Below, one piece after another: positions 16,958 through 26,069 of a stretch of 32,000 bases of DNA. The position numbers and the translations under genes are program-made. Under the pieces are notes generated by a model that did not search any database, was not told where the DNA came from, and saw only the letters and a list, made by a program, of their open reading frames with translations. Position 1 is the stretch's first letter, and every line of letters begins with the position of its first letter. The stretch lies in NCBI GenBank assembly GCA_035528495.1, contig DATKYM010000037.1:11866-43865 (forward strand), written 5' to 3'. The DNA comes from Nitrosopumilaceae archaeon (GTDB taxonomy: Archaea; Thermoproteota; Nitrososphaeria; Nitrososphaerales; Nitrosopumilaceae).

Positions 16958-17088
16958 ACAATAGATTCATTTAGGAAAAATTAGATAAGATTCAAAGATC
17001 AAACCTCGATACCTGCAAGTCAATTTCAAATAGCTAGATATCATAAAAAAGGAGTCTAATTATAAAAGAAAGGCAGGAAAAAAATCTG

Positions 17089-17550
17089 TTGGAAAAAAAA
17101 TCTAAGCGGTTAGAGTCAATTAAGGCCGCTCATCAATTAGACAGAACTAATTTCAGCACTAGAATGGAGGATTATTTGGAAATTATTTCAGAGCTAGTAG
17201 ACCTTAAAGGATATGCCACTACATTAGATATTTCAAGATACATGCATGTAAGTGCCCCAAGTGTTACTAAAATGCTACAAAGGCTAGACGAGAATGGATT
17301 TTTAGAGTATGAAAAATATCATGGAATCAATTTAACTAAAAAAGGAATTCAATTAGCCGAGACCGTGCGTCAAAAGCATGGAATAGTATTAGAATTTTTT
17401 GAAATTCTTGGAATCGGATATGAAACTGCCAATCAAGATGCCGAAGGAGTTGAGCATCACCTAAATCCTAAGACAATTAAACAATTACGAAAATTCATTA
17501 CATTTCTAAAATCAAACCCAAAAGTTTTAGAAAATTTTAAAAATCTTTAA
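17089..17550 (+). CDS. DtxR/MntR-family metal-dependent transcriptional repressor
   Basis: 153-aa ORF with a TTG start. It has MEDYLEIISEL, the wHTH LDISRYMHVSAPSVTKMLQRLDENGFLEY, and the dimerisation helix LTKKGIQLAETVRQKHGIVLEFF. Confidence 0.85.
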   Translation: MEKKSKRLESIKAAHQLDRTNFSTRMEDYLEIISELVDLKGYATTLDISRYMHVSAPSVTKMLQRLDENGFLEYEKYHGINLTKKGIQLAETVRQKHGIVLEFFEILGIGYETANQDAEGVEHHLNPKTIKQLRKFITFLKSNPKVLENFKNL

Positions 17551-19354
17551 GATAAATATGGATGTCATCTTGCGAATTTGCATGGCTCATCAAGGTATTT
17601 GCAATGTCTGAACGCCTAGGAATTTTGATTTGGCCCTTTTTCCCAATTCTAGATGTTGTAACAAATTTATCACCAACGTAAATATCCGCATGCATTGACG
17701 TAAATTCTCTACTCACGGTTAGTGCAAGAGATGTTTTAGACTCTGAAAAGGAAAATGGTAAATCTCCCGAATTAGAGTTTGATGAATTGTCTCGCTCCAC
17801 TATATCGATGTGAATATTTAGTGATTTTTCAATATCATTAATGTTTGATCCACCTCTACCGATAATAGACGCAATAGATTGCTTGTTAACGGATACACGT
17901 ACTCTATTATCAGATAAAATTTCAACCTCAGAATTGGGATCATATCTTTTGAAAGTTTCTCGAATTTTATCTTCTGCAAGCTTTTCTATCCCCACCTTCT
18001 GAGTTTTTTTACCTATAGGAACAATGACATTTTCTTCTCCAAAAGTATAGATTTCATGCTCTAAAACATTATTTTCAAAATTTCTAATTTCAATTACAGG
18101 TCTTGCCAAATCGGATTCAGTCATTCCGGTAGGGACCTTGACTTTAAGTTCCAAATCATACACTTTTCCAATTTGCCCGTCTTTGACAAAAACTACAGTA
18201 TCAAGAATATTTGGAATTATACCAAGTTCAATTTTTCCAATAAACCTCTGAATTGCATCAAGTGGAGAGTTTGCATGAACTACCCCTACCATGCCAACAC
18301 CTGTTAGTCTTAAATCTGCAAACGTATGAAAATCCTCTCGGCGTCTTACCTCATCAAAAACAGTATAGTCTGGTCTTACTAGCAATAAAATATCAGCGGA
18401 ATTATCAAAGCTTCCATCAAGTTTACTGTATTGAGTAACTCCAGGATCAACTTGTAAATCCCGTGGAGATTCAAAGGTTTTGACAATTTTTCCTTGATTG
18501 TGATAAAAATTGGCAAGACCAGAGGCCAAGGTACTTTTTCCAGAACCTGGAGGACCAGAAATGACAATACCTCCGGCTCCATCAGTAAAGCGCTCCATCA
18601 ACTCTGGGGAGATTGAATAATCATCCAACGATAATTTAACTATAGGATGAACTATTGTAATTTCAACGGCTTCAGAAAAAGGGGGTTTAGTAATTGCAAT
18701 TCGGTAATCAATGTATTGAACAACAGATGCGCCAGTTTTTGAAATCTCAAGAGTGCTGGATTCTGAATTTTTTGTAGTATCTAAGATTTGTTTTGATAGG
18801 AATTCCAGATCATCGCGGGTAAGAATTTCATCGCTTATTTTAGATAAAATAAAAGAGCCAGGTTTTCCTTTTTTTGCAAAAGGGGTACGATTTTCCTTAA
18901 GATGAACACTCATTGTTTCAGAATCAAAATATTTTAGAAATTCCAGTTCTTCTTCTTTTAATGAATGCTGTAAAAATACAGAGGTAATATCTTCAGTTTG
19001 GGCTACTAAATACTGGACATTATCAGAAGTGTAAAGAGTGGCTTGATTTTTTTTGGCAATGTCTTTGATGATAGAATCAATTTTTCCTTTTCCAGCCATG
19101 CGGATTTCTTCAGTCGAAGGATGGTTGCCGGAAATGGATATTTCTAAATCAAAGTTTTTTGATAAATCTTTAAGATTTTTGATTTGTTTTAACCCCAAAA
19201 ATCCTTGATCTTTTTTCTGAGAGGCTTGAGATTGTAACTCATCAATTACTGCTTGAGGTATTATTATCTCAGATTTACGAATGTTTCCAGACTCTACTTG
19301 GGCTAAAAATAAACCATTGATGATTACACTGGTATCAAGAACAATCTTTGACAA
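17537..19354 (-). CDS. PIN domain - PilT-like ATPase - KH domain protein
   Basis: 605-aa ORF. The N-terminus IVLDTSVIINGL is PIN-like. It has Walker A GPPGSGKST and a C-terminal KH GxxG loop, IIGRGGSNINDIEKSL. Confidence 0.85.
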   Translation of the reverse strand: MSKIVLDTSVIINGLFLAQVESGNIRKSEIIIPQAVIDELQSQASQKKDQGFLGLKQIKNLKDLSKNFDLEISISGNHPSTEEIRMAGKGKIDSIIKDIAKKNQATLYTSDNVQYLVAQTEDITSVFLQHSLKEEELEFLKYFDSETMSVHLKENRTPFAKKGKPGSFILSKISDEILTRDDLEFLSKQILDTTKNSESSTLEISKTGASVVQYIDYRIAITKPPFSEAVEITIVHPIVKLSLDDYSISPELMERFTDGAGGIVISGPPGSGKSTLASGLANFYHNQGKIVKTFESPRDLQVDPGVTQYSKLDGSFDNSADILLLVRPDYTVFDEVRRREDFHTFADLRLTGVGMVGVVHANSPLDAIQRFIGKIELGIIPNILDTVVFVKDGQIGKVYDLELKVKVPTGMTESDLARPVIEIRNFENNVLEHEIYTFGEENVIVPIGKKTQKVGIEKLAEDKIRETFKRYDPNSEVEILSDNRVRVSVNKQSIASIIGRGGSNINDIEKSLNIHIDIVERDNSSNSNSGDLPFSFSESKTSLALTVSREFTSMHADIYVGDKFVTTSRIGKKGQIKIPRRSDIANTLMSHANSQDDIHIYLKDF

Positions 19355-19415
19355 AACTTTATCTAATTTTTAGAATCATTTGGGTCCTAAATTAGTGTAC
19401 TTGAATCCTAAATTG

Positions 19416-19760
19416 CTATAAAGAATCAGTAATTTGTTTTAGAACATTGTTAATATCAAAAGGTTTTGAGATACAAGATAAAGCACCTAATTCCAAACAT
19501 TGGTTAATTATTTTTTGATCATCACTTGCAGTAATTAAGATAATTTTAGATTGAGGATTTTTTTCCATGATTTCCTTTACAACTGTAAGACCGTCTTTTT
19601 TAGGCATTGCCAAATCTAATAATAACAAATCAGGAGATGTTTTGAAAAATAAATTCACAGCTTCTTCTCCATTTATTGCCTCACCTACAATAGTATGATT
19701 TCCAATAGATAAAATATCATTTAAAACAAGACGAATTGCATCAGAATCATCTGCAATCAT
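19416..19760 (-). CDS. stand-alone receiver (CheY-like) response regulator
   Basis: MIADDSDAIRLVL...DLLLLDLAMPKKDG...ITASDD...ISKPFD carries the receiver motifs. ATG 19760 is preferred to 19796 because receiver domains begin at (I/V)(L/A)xxDD. Confidence 0.85.
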   Translation of the reverse strand: MIADDSDAIRLVLNDILSIGNHTIVGEAINGEEAVNLFFKTSPDLLLLDLAMPKKDGLTVVKEIMEKNPQSKIILITASDDQKIINQCLELGALSCISKPFDINNVLKQITDSL

Positions 19761-19804
19761 AATATTTGCCACGTAAATTAGATCTAACCATATCATATTA
19801 AAAA

Positions 19805-19832
19805 TAATTAATGTGTCAATTCACATTAATTA
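19805..19832. promoter_or_regulatory. perfect 11-bp inverted repeat TAATTAATGTG-N6-CACATTAATTA
   Basis: Read directly from the sequence. It lies 45-72 nt upstream of the response-regulator ATG, in the divergent RR / Hpt-HK intergenic region. Candidate operator; AT-richness lowers its significance. Confidence 0.3.
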
Positions 19833-20081
19833 ATAAATTATTTTGACAAGTCAAACGAAGAATATTTTTAATGAATAAGGAGTTTGTAGTCTAAAAGTAA
19901 AAATAAATTTCCATCATAATAACACAATAAAACTATCTAAAATCCCAATTGGTTTTATCAATTAGGCTTTTAAAAAAACAGGAACGCATATTCAAAATAT
20001 CGTGTGTGCAGCTTGAACAACTTTCGTCTGAAAAGTTTCCAACTGACATGACACTAAGTATTTTCTGTTTATAGCAGTTTT

Positions 20082-20459
20082 ATGAGTGAATTAACTGGAG
20101 TGTCTGATGAATTCATCAAGGTTGCAACTCAGGAGATAAACGAAGAATTATCAGAGATAACTGAAATTTTAGATTCTTGTCAGAATGATGATGATATCTC
20201 AAAGAATTCTAGTATAATTGAAAAACATATGCATAATATCAAAGGATTAGCTCCAATGATGGGAAAAGAAACTATCGGAACGGTTGCAAAACATCTTGAT
20301 TCTATTTTAAAGAAAATTATGTCGGGAAAAAAAGTAGACGGAATATTTGAGCCTCTCTGTACATCCATTGAACAAATGAGAATGAACATGGACAAATCCC
20401 ACGAGATGCAAGAGATTCAGAGACAGGTTTCAAAAATTGCCTTAAATATAGCCGATTAA
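20082..20459 (+). CDS. stand-alone histidine phosphotransfer (HPt) domain protein
   Basis: 125-aa helical ORF with the HPt phospho-His motif HMHNIKGLAPMMG (HxxKG). Confidence 0.65.
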   Translation: MSELTGVSDEFIKVATQEINEELSEITEILDSCQNDDDISKNSSIIEKHMHNIKGLAPMMGKETIGTVAKHLDSILKKIMSGKKVDGIFEPLCTSIEQMRMNMDKSHEMQEIQRQVSKIALNIAD

Positions 20460-20632
20460 TTATTTTTGGAATATTCCTTTGGATGTTAAATATTTGAGGA
20501 AGATGATTTTTCAATATGACTGTGATAAATTAAAAAAAGGTCTCATAGCGTTAAAGAGAAATAGAATGAGTCCAGGTTTGTTCGAGAAATAACATCTCCT
20601 CTTTTTATACATCGTGCCTATCTTTTTTAAAT

Positions 20633-21691
20633 GTGAAGATAGTAAGTAAATTGTACGCCTTAATTGGAATTTTAATTGTAGCTGCGGCTTTTAACTTGTT
20701 TTTGTTATATCAAGACGAAAAATCAGGAATATTTGGTCAAGGGTCTGATCAACAAACAATCATTCAAATTTTATTAGCAGTAGATATCGCAACATTTTTT
20801 TTGGTGCCAGTAGTTATTAGACAATCACTTTTGCCATTAAAGACAATTAACCAGGCCCTTTCAAGAGTAAAAGAAGGCAAGTATGGAGAGAAGATAAAAT
20901 ATACTTCCGAAGATGAGATTGGAGAGCTAGTTAATTCATTTAACATAATGTCAAATACAATTAAAGAAAAAGAAGAGCAAGCAAAAAAAACAGATATTGC
21001 AAAAGATGAGTTTTTAGCAATGATAACCCACGAATTAAAAACACCGCTAGTTCCAATTCAAGGATATTCAGATATTTTACTAAGTGAACATTTAGGAAAA
21101 TTAACATCAGAGCAAAAAAAGAGACTTTTAATAATCAAATCAAGTTCTGAGGCACTTTTAAGAATAATTTCAGATTTGCTTGACGTCCAAAAATTAGAGA
21201 TAGGTCAATTGAAAATGAAAAAGGAAGACTCAGATATCAAAGAGTGTATTGAAAAATCAATAAATTCCCTAGAACCACAAGCTCAAAAAAATGAAATTAA
21301 ATTAGAAGCAAATACACAACATGTTATAATTTATCACGATTCTGAAAGAATTAGACAGGTATTGACAAACTTAATCAAAAATGCCATGATAGCCGTTGAA
21401 CCTAAGAAAGGAATAATCGAAATAAGTATGAAAGATGAACCAACAGGAGTTAAAATTAGTGTAAAGGATAATGGGATTGGAATACCACAAGACAAGCAAC
21501 AAGATCTCTTTAAAAAATTCTACCAAGTAGATACCACCCTAACTCGTGAAAGAGGTGGAAGTGGATTAGGTTTGGCGATATGTAAAGGAATAGTAGATAA
21601 TCACGGAGGCGAAATATCAGTTGAAAGCGAAGAAGGTAAAGGAACTAAATTTACCTTTAATATTCCAAAATTACCCGCAGTGGCTACTTAA
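20633..21691 (+). CDS. membrane sensor histidine kinase (TM-HAMP-HisKA-HATPase_c)
   Basis: 352-aa ORF with a GTG start. It has two TM segments, a HAMP-like EDEIGELVNSFNIM, the H-box ITHELKTPL, the N-box LTNLIKNA, G1 DNGIGI and G2 GGSGLGLAI. Confidence 0.9.
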   Translation: MKIVSKLYALIGILIVAAAFNLFLLYQDEKSGIFGQGSDQQTIIQILLAVDIATFFLVPVVIRQSLLPLKTINQALSRVKEGKYGEKIKYTSEDEIGELVNSFNIMSNTIKEKEEQAKKTDIAKDEFLAMITHELKTPLVPIQGYSDILLSEHLGKLTSEQKKRLLIIKSSSEALLRIISDLLDVQKLEIGQLKMKKEDSDIKECIEKSINSLEPQAQKNEIKLEANTQHVIIYHDSERIRQVLTNLIKNAMIAVEPKKGIIEISMKDEPTGVKISVKDNGIGIPQDKQQDLFKKFYQVDTTLTRERGGSGLGLAICKGIVDNHGGEISVESEEGKGTKFTFNIPKLPAVAT

Positions 21692-21736
21692 AGAAAACAA
21701 ACTCTCTGAACAAAAATCACTAACACCGTTCAAAAA

Positions 21737-21907
21737 ATGGGTTTTGTGAAAGCACTCATTATGGAAAAAAACCAAGAACAAGAAAAAAATGAAGGATTCT
21801 ACTCCAACAGCACTACTTATTTTGAGTTTTTGAGGCATAAAGGAGAAACAGACTATGAATTTGAAGATGAGTACTACTTTACCATGCCTGCAATATCAAG
21901 CAAGTAG
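21737..21907 (+). CDS. possible 56-aa acidic/aromatic-rich small protein
   Basis: Hand translation: MGFVKALIMEKNQEQEKNEGFYSNSTTYFEFLRHKGETDYEFEDEYYFTMPAISSK*. It fills the HK-TldD gap. Confidence 0.3.
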   Translation: MGFVKALIMEKNQEQEKNEGFYSNSTTYFEFLRHKGETDYEFEDEYYFTMPAISSK

Positions 21908-21945
21908 ACAGAAGATTTACGAAGATCCTCTAATCTTTAATCTTC

Positions 21946-23367
21946 ATGGATTCAAGTCTCCAAGAGCTTGCAGATAAAACAATACGGTATGTAGAAGATG
22001 CGGGAGTCCAATACTGTGATGTCCGAGCAGAAACCCAGACAAGAGAATCGCTCCTCATTGAGAATGGAGAAATAAATAATCTCAAAAACACAAAAGACCA
22101 AGGAATAGGAATTAGATTATTAAAAAATGGTTCTTGGGGATTTTGCTCAATTAACAATCCCAAGTCTTTTGAAGAATTAAGGGAATCTATCAACAAGACA
22201 ATAAAAAATGTAAGGTATTACTCTCAGAAAAAAAATAATCATGTAAAATTAATTCCAATAAATATCAACAAAACAAAAATAGATTTCCCAGTATTAAAAA
22301 AACCGCAAATAGAAGATTTGATCAAGGTGGGATTGGAGTGTGATAAAACAATATTAGAAAAACCGAGAATAATAAAATCATCAGTAAATCCATGGTATTC
22401 AATAAATTCAAAGTATTTTGTCAGTACCGAAGGTTCTGAAATTTTACAAAATTTTACAGATGTTGTAATAGAAATGAGTGCAACTTCTCATGAATCAGGA
22501 TTAACACAATCTGTAAACGTAACAGAAGGTGGGAGGGGAGGAATGGAGCAAATTGATAGGAACAATAAATGCCAGGACAGTGCAAAACAAATTGCGGAAA
22601 AAGCATCTCAACTAATCGATGCCAAACCTGCCAGAGAAGAAAAAACAACTGTCGTTATGAACCCAGATTTTGTTTCGTTGTTAACCCATGAAATTTTAGG
22701 TCATCCTTCTGAAGCAGATAGAGTCCTCGGGAAAGAAATGGCATGGGCAGGAGGGGCATGGTGGAAAAATAAACTTGGAGAAAAAATCGGTTCAGAGCAG
22801 CTAAATGTTTTTGATGATCCTACCATCAAAGAGAGTCTAGGATGGTATTATTTTGATGATGAAGGAGTACAGACCAAAAAATCAACTTTGATTGAAAATG
22901 GAATTTTAAAAAACCACATGCAAAATCGAGAAACTGCAGATATTTTTAATGGACAACCCACTGGAAATATGCGTGCCTCAAACTATAGTTTTGTGCCTTT
23001 GATTAGAATGGCATGTACATGTATAGAGACAGGAGATTGGAAAGTAGATGAAATGATAAAAGAAGTCAAAGAAGGATATCTAATCTCAAACATGAAAATA
23101 CCTTCAATTGATATGAAAAGATACAATTGGAGTATTTCATGTCAGTATGCACAAAAAATTGAAAATGGAGAAATTACCGATTTACTTAGAGATGTAATTG
23201 TTATGGGAAATGCACCTGAATTTTTGCAATCAATTGATGCTTGTGGGAATGACTTTACAGTAAGACCAATTACTAATTGCGGGAAAGGAGATCCCATGCA
23301 ATCTATGATTATGGGCAACGGTGGTCCATCCATAAGGGGAAAAGCTACAGTCAAGAGCGTGAATTGA
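21946..23367 (+). CDS. TldD/PmbA-family metallopeptidase
   Basis: 473-aa ORF with the HExxxH site THEILGHPSEADR and a family-typical C-terminal beta-rich region (GNGGPSIRG). Confidence 0.85.
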   Translation: MDSSLQELADKTIRYVEDAGVQYCDVRAETQTRESLLIENGEINNLKNTKDQGIGIRLLKNGSWGFCSINNPKSFEELRESINKTIKNVRYYSQKKNNHVKLIPININKTKIDFPVLKKPQIEDLIKVGLECDKTILEKPRIIKSSVNPWYSINSKYFVSTEGSEILQNFTDVVIEMSATSHESGLTQSVNVTEGGRGGMEQIDRNNKCQDSAKQIAEKASQLIDAKPAREEKTTVVMNPDFVSLLTHEILGHPSEADRVLGKEMAWAGGAWWKNKLGEKIGSEQLNVFDDPTIKESLGWYYFDDEGVQTKKSTLIENGILKNHMQNRETADIFNGQPTGNMRASNYSFVPLIRMACTCIETGDWKVDEMIKEVKEGYLISNMKIPSIDMKRYNWSISCQYAQKIENGEITDLLRDVIVMGNAPEFLQSIDACGNDFTVRPITNCGKGDPMQSMIMGNGGPSIRGKATVKSVN

Positions 23368-23370
23368 TTC

Positions 23371-23964
23371 TTGGAATCTAAACTAGAAACTGTAAGACAA
23401 CATGTAATTCAATGCACTAAATGTGATCTTTGTAAAACTAGAACTAATGCAGTTCCAGGAAAAGGGAATTTTAAATCAGATGTAATGTTCGTTGGGGAAG
23501 CACCAGGAAAAAATGAAGATTTACACGGAGAGCCGTTCATTGGAGTCGCAGGGAAGAAACTATCTGCAGCTTTAGAAAATGCGGGAGTCTCAAGGGATGA
23601 CGTATACATAACAAACATAGTGAAATGTAGGCCACCAAACAACAGAGTTCCAAGCAAATTAGAAAAAGATACTTGTCAAGAGCATATTCAAAAGGAAATT
23701 GAAATAATTAAACCAAAAATTATTTGTCTCTTAGGAAATACTGCATTTGGTTCGGTTTTAGGAGGAACAGAGATAACCAAATTTCGAGGAAAAATAGGAG
23801 AAAAAAACAAACAACTTTATTTTATTACTATTCATCCAGCAGCAACCATTTACAATCAAAAGCTAGTAGAAGTGCTAAAAGAAGACATTAAAAAATTATT
23901 TTACTTAATCAGAGAATTAAAAAATGGTAACAAAATTCCAGTAGATATTGAGTTTTCTTCCTAG
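23371..23964 (+). CDS. udg: family 4 uracil-DNA glycosylase (Fe-S type)
   Basis: 197-aa ORF with a TTG start 3 nt after the TldD stop. It has CTKCDLC, motif A GEAPG, FIGVAGKKL and motif B ITIHPAA. Confidence 0.85.
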   Translation: MESKLETVRQHVIQCTKCDLCKTRTNAVPGKGNFKSDVMFVGEAPGKNEDLHGEPFIGVAGKKLSAALENAGVSRDDVYITNIVKCRPPNNRVPSKLEKDTCQEHIQKEIEIIKPKIICLLGNTAFGSVLGGTEITKFRGKIGEKNKQLYFITIHPAATIYNQKLVEVLKEDIKKLFYLIRELKNGNKIPVDIEFSS

Positions 23965-24511
23965 GTCATTTTATGCTAGAAATACAGTGACTGTGGCCAA
24001 AGAACTGTTAGGAAAAAGGTTAGTGAGAAGGATCGATAATTGTACATTATCAGGAATAATTACTGAAACGGAGGCTTATCGTCATAAAGATGATCCTGCA
24101 AGTCATGCATTTAGAAGTAAAACTGAAAGAAACAAGATGATGTTTGAGCAGGTGGGGAGGGCGTATATCTATTTTACTTATGGAATGTATTTTTGTTTCA
24201 ATGTTGTTGCGAGGAATCCAAAATTCAAAGCTGGTGCCGTTCTAATTCGTGCAATTCAACCTGAAATAGGAATTGACATTATGGAAAAAAATAGAGGTAA
24301 GGTAAGTGAAAAGAATCTTACTAATGGTCCTGCTAAATTGAGTCAAGCCTTGGGAATTACAAAAAAACAATATGGAGTTGATTTGACCATGGATTCAAAC
24401 TTGTTTATCACAGAAGGCTTACAAACACCAGCAAAAATAATTGCATCACCTAGAGTTGGAATTAAATCAGGGTTAGATAGTCTCTGGAATTTTAAAATTC
24501 AAATAACCTAA
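23948..24511 (+). CDS. 3-methyladenine DNA glycosylase (MPG/AAG family)
   Basis: 187-aa ORF with a TTG start overlapping udg by 17 nt. RSFYARNTVTVAKELLGKRLVRR, ITETEAYRHKDDPASHAF and NGPAKLSQALGI are typical of MPG. Confidence 0.85.
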   Translation: MSFLPRSFYARNTVTVAKELLGKRLVRRIDNCTLSGIITETEAYRHKDDPASHAFRSKTERNKMMFEQVGRAYIYFTYGMYFCFNVVARNPKFKAGAVLIRAIQPEIGIDIMEKNRGKVSEKNLTNGPAKLSQALGITKKQYGVDLTMDSNLFITEGLQTPAKIIASPRVGIKSGLDSLWNFKIQIT

Positions 24512-25146
24512 TCGTCGTCATTGTTATTTTCATCAAGTGTCCAAGGTGCAAATCTTCCCATTATCCTTTGCCAATCTAGCTTGAGAAGCAAAATAACTAA
24601 AGAGGTCATTATTGCTGCAAAGACAATAATTCCAATATAGATTGTAGTTACATCTTCTATATCCTCGAGAAAAGGTTCAACCAAAGACAATCCCATATAG
24701 TGAGAGACAAACACAATTACATAACTTAAAACAAGTTTTCCAGTTAAAGTTGCGACAAAAAATCGTTTTGGATTGTATTTTGCCAAACCCAATGGAACAT
24801 AAATTAAATCATCAGGCATTGGAGTCGCTGCGGCAAAAAAGGCAGCTGCTGCACCATATCGTTTTACTAATCGCTCAAAAGGTCGCATTCGTTTTCTTGA
24901 TTTTTCTCCAATAATTCTCCTCCCACCATAACTTAGGCTGAATACTATTACTTTGGCAGCAGTTGCAGTAACTGCAGAAATTATCGCCAATGCATGTAAG
25001 TCAAATTGATCACCGACTGACATTGTAGCCAATAAAAGAAACGAAGGTAATGGGACAAAGGGTATCAAAGACCCAAAAAAGCTAACTAAAGTTAATCCAA
25101 TATATCCCACCTCAGGTGCGAATGGAAATATTGCCGCAAAATCCAC
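24508..25146 (-). CDS. DedA/VTT-domain membrane protein
   Basis: 212-aa polytopic ORF whose helical pattern and loop (RMRPFERLVKRYGAAAAFFAAATPMPDD) resemble SNARE-associated/DedA proteins. It has an acidic C-terminal tail. Confidence 0.55.
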   Translation of the reverse strand: MDFAAIFPFAPEVGYIGLTLVSFFGSLIPFVPLPSFLLLATMSVGDQFDLHALAIISAVTATAAKVIVFSLSYGGRRIIGEKSRKRMRPFERLVKRYGAAAAFFAAATPMPDDLIYVPLGLAKYNPKRFFVATLTGKLVLSYVIVFVSHYMGLSLVEPFLEDIEDVTTIYIGIIVFAAIMTSLVILLLKLDWQRIMGRFAPWTLDENNNDDD

Positions 25147-25259
25147 ACTTCAAGCATATAGCGGGATTATTTAACAAAATCGAAGTCATGCTGATTTTAT
25201 AATAATTAATTATTGGCAATTATAATCATTAAAATATCATATTTTTAGACTAGAAGCAA

Positions 25260-25643
25260 TTGGACAAAATTGTTTATACCAAAATTTGCTATGACGTATC
25301 CCTGATAAGCCCATACATTAGGTTTGTAGGAATAATTAGTGAAATGGGAGCCTTAATTGCCTATAAAAGAAGAGACCAACTAGATCCATTATTAGATACA
25401 GAAAACACAAAGTATCAATTCTCACATATTGCCATAAAAACAGATCTTGAGAGTTTCTTTGATAAGACTCTAGGAGAAATAGAGTTTGTCTGGGAGGAAA
25501 GAAAGAAAGTTCAGATCATATCATTTGCAATTGGAAAATTACGTATCTGGATTTCGATCGATAAAAAAGTAATTCGATCAGAAATACTAAGAATCATTGA
25601 TTCGTGTTTGCCAATTGTAAGAAAACATTTAGAAATAAATTAA
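25260..25643 (+). CDS. hypothetical protein (127 aa)
   Basis: ORF with a TTG start and alpha/beta-like composition. No family recognised. Confidence 0.5.
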   Translation: MDKIVYTKICYDVSLISPYIRFVGIISEMGALIAYKRRDQLDPLLDTENTKYQFSHIAIKTDLESFFDKTLGEIEFVWEERKKVQIISFAIGKLRIWISIDKKVIRSEILRIIDSCLPIVRKHLEIN

Positions 25644-25647
25644 CATA

Positions 25648-25749
25648 TTGAAGTGCCCATATTGCGAAATTGATTTAGATTCGTTTAGTATGACTGAGGG
25701 GCTCAAACATATTTTAGAGCATAAAAAGCAGAATCAAAACAAGGGTTAA
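25648..25749 (+). CDS. unannotated 33-aa C2H2-like zinc-finger micro-protein
   Basis: Hand translation (TTG start, 4 nt after the previous stop): MKCPYCEIDLDSFSMTEGLKHILEHKKQNQNKG* (CxxC-x14-HxxxH). It has the same layout as 12345-12455. Confidence 0.4.
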   Translation: MKCPYCEIDLDSFSMTEGLKHILEHKKQNQNKG

Positions 25750-25780
25750 CTTTTTTTATAATAATTATTTCTATAAAATC

Positions 25781-26065
25781 GTGATTGTTGGCGAGATTAG
25801 TAAATTGATTGAAGAGTTACATCTACGAGTACCAAAAGATTTTAAGAAAATGGACATAACACAACTAAGCAATGAACTACGAGGCATAATGGAATTTGAA
25901 CGCCAAACTTTTCAAAAAATCGAAGACCTTGAAAAAAAAGGAATCGAACAAGATATGATAAAATATGCAAAAATTATTTGTCAAAATACTGTCCAGAGAG
26001 AAATCACAGAGATTCAAGAAATTTATCTGAAAAAAATAGACAGTGAATATCTAAACTCTAAATAG
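25781..26065 (+). CDS. hypothetical helical protein (94 aa)
   Basis: ORF with a GTG start and coiled-coil-like composition. No family recognised. Confidence 0.45.
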   Translation: MIVGEISKLIEELHLRVPKDFKKMDITQLSNELRGIMEFERQTFQKIEDLEKKGIEQDMIKYAKIICQNTVQREITEIQEIYLKKIDSEYLNSK

Positions 26066-26069
26066 ATAA

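Noticed and set aside
16636-16974. 112-aa plus-strand ORF overlapping 16607-16957
   Set aside because: Its W/H/Q-rich composition is atypical. The minus-strand frame looks more protein-like. Neither has a recognisable family, so the strand choice is only moderately secure.
18253-23657. Antisense ORFs 18253-18438, 18379-18582, 20180-20395, 20317-20514, 20764-20946, 21930-22196, 22454-22648, 23142-23354 and 23409-23657
   Set aside because: These are alternative or antisense frames within the PIN-ATPase, HPt, HK, TldD and UDG genes, all of which have clear motifs in the chosen frames.
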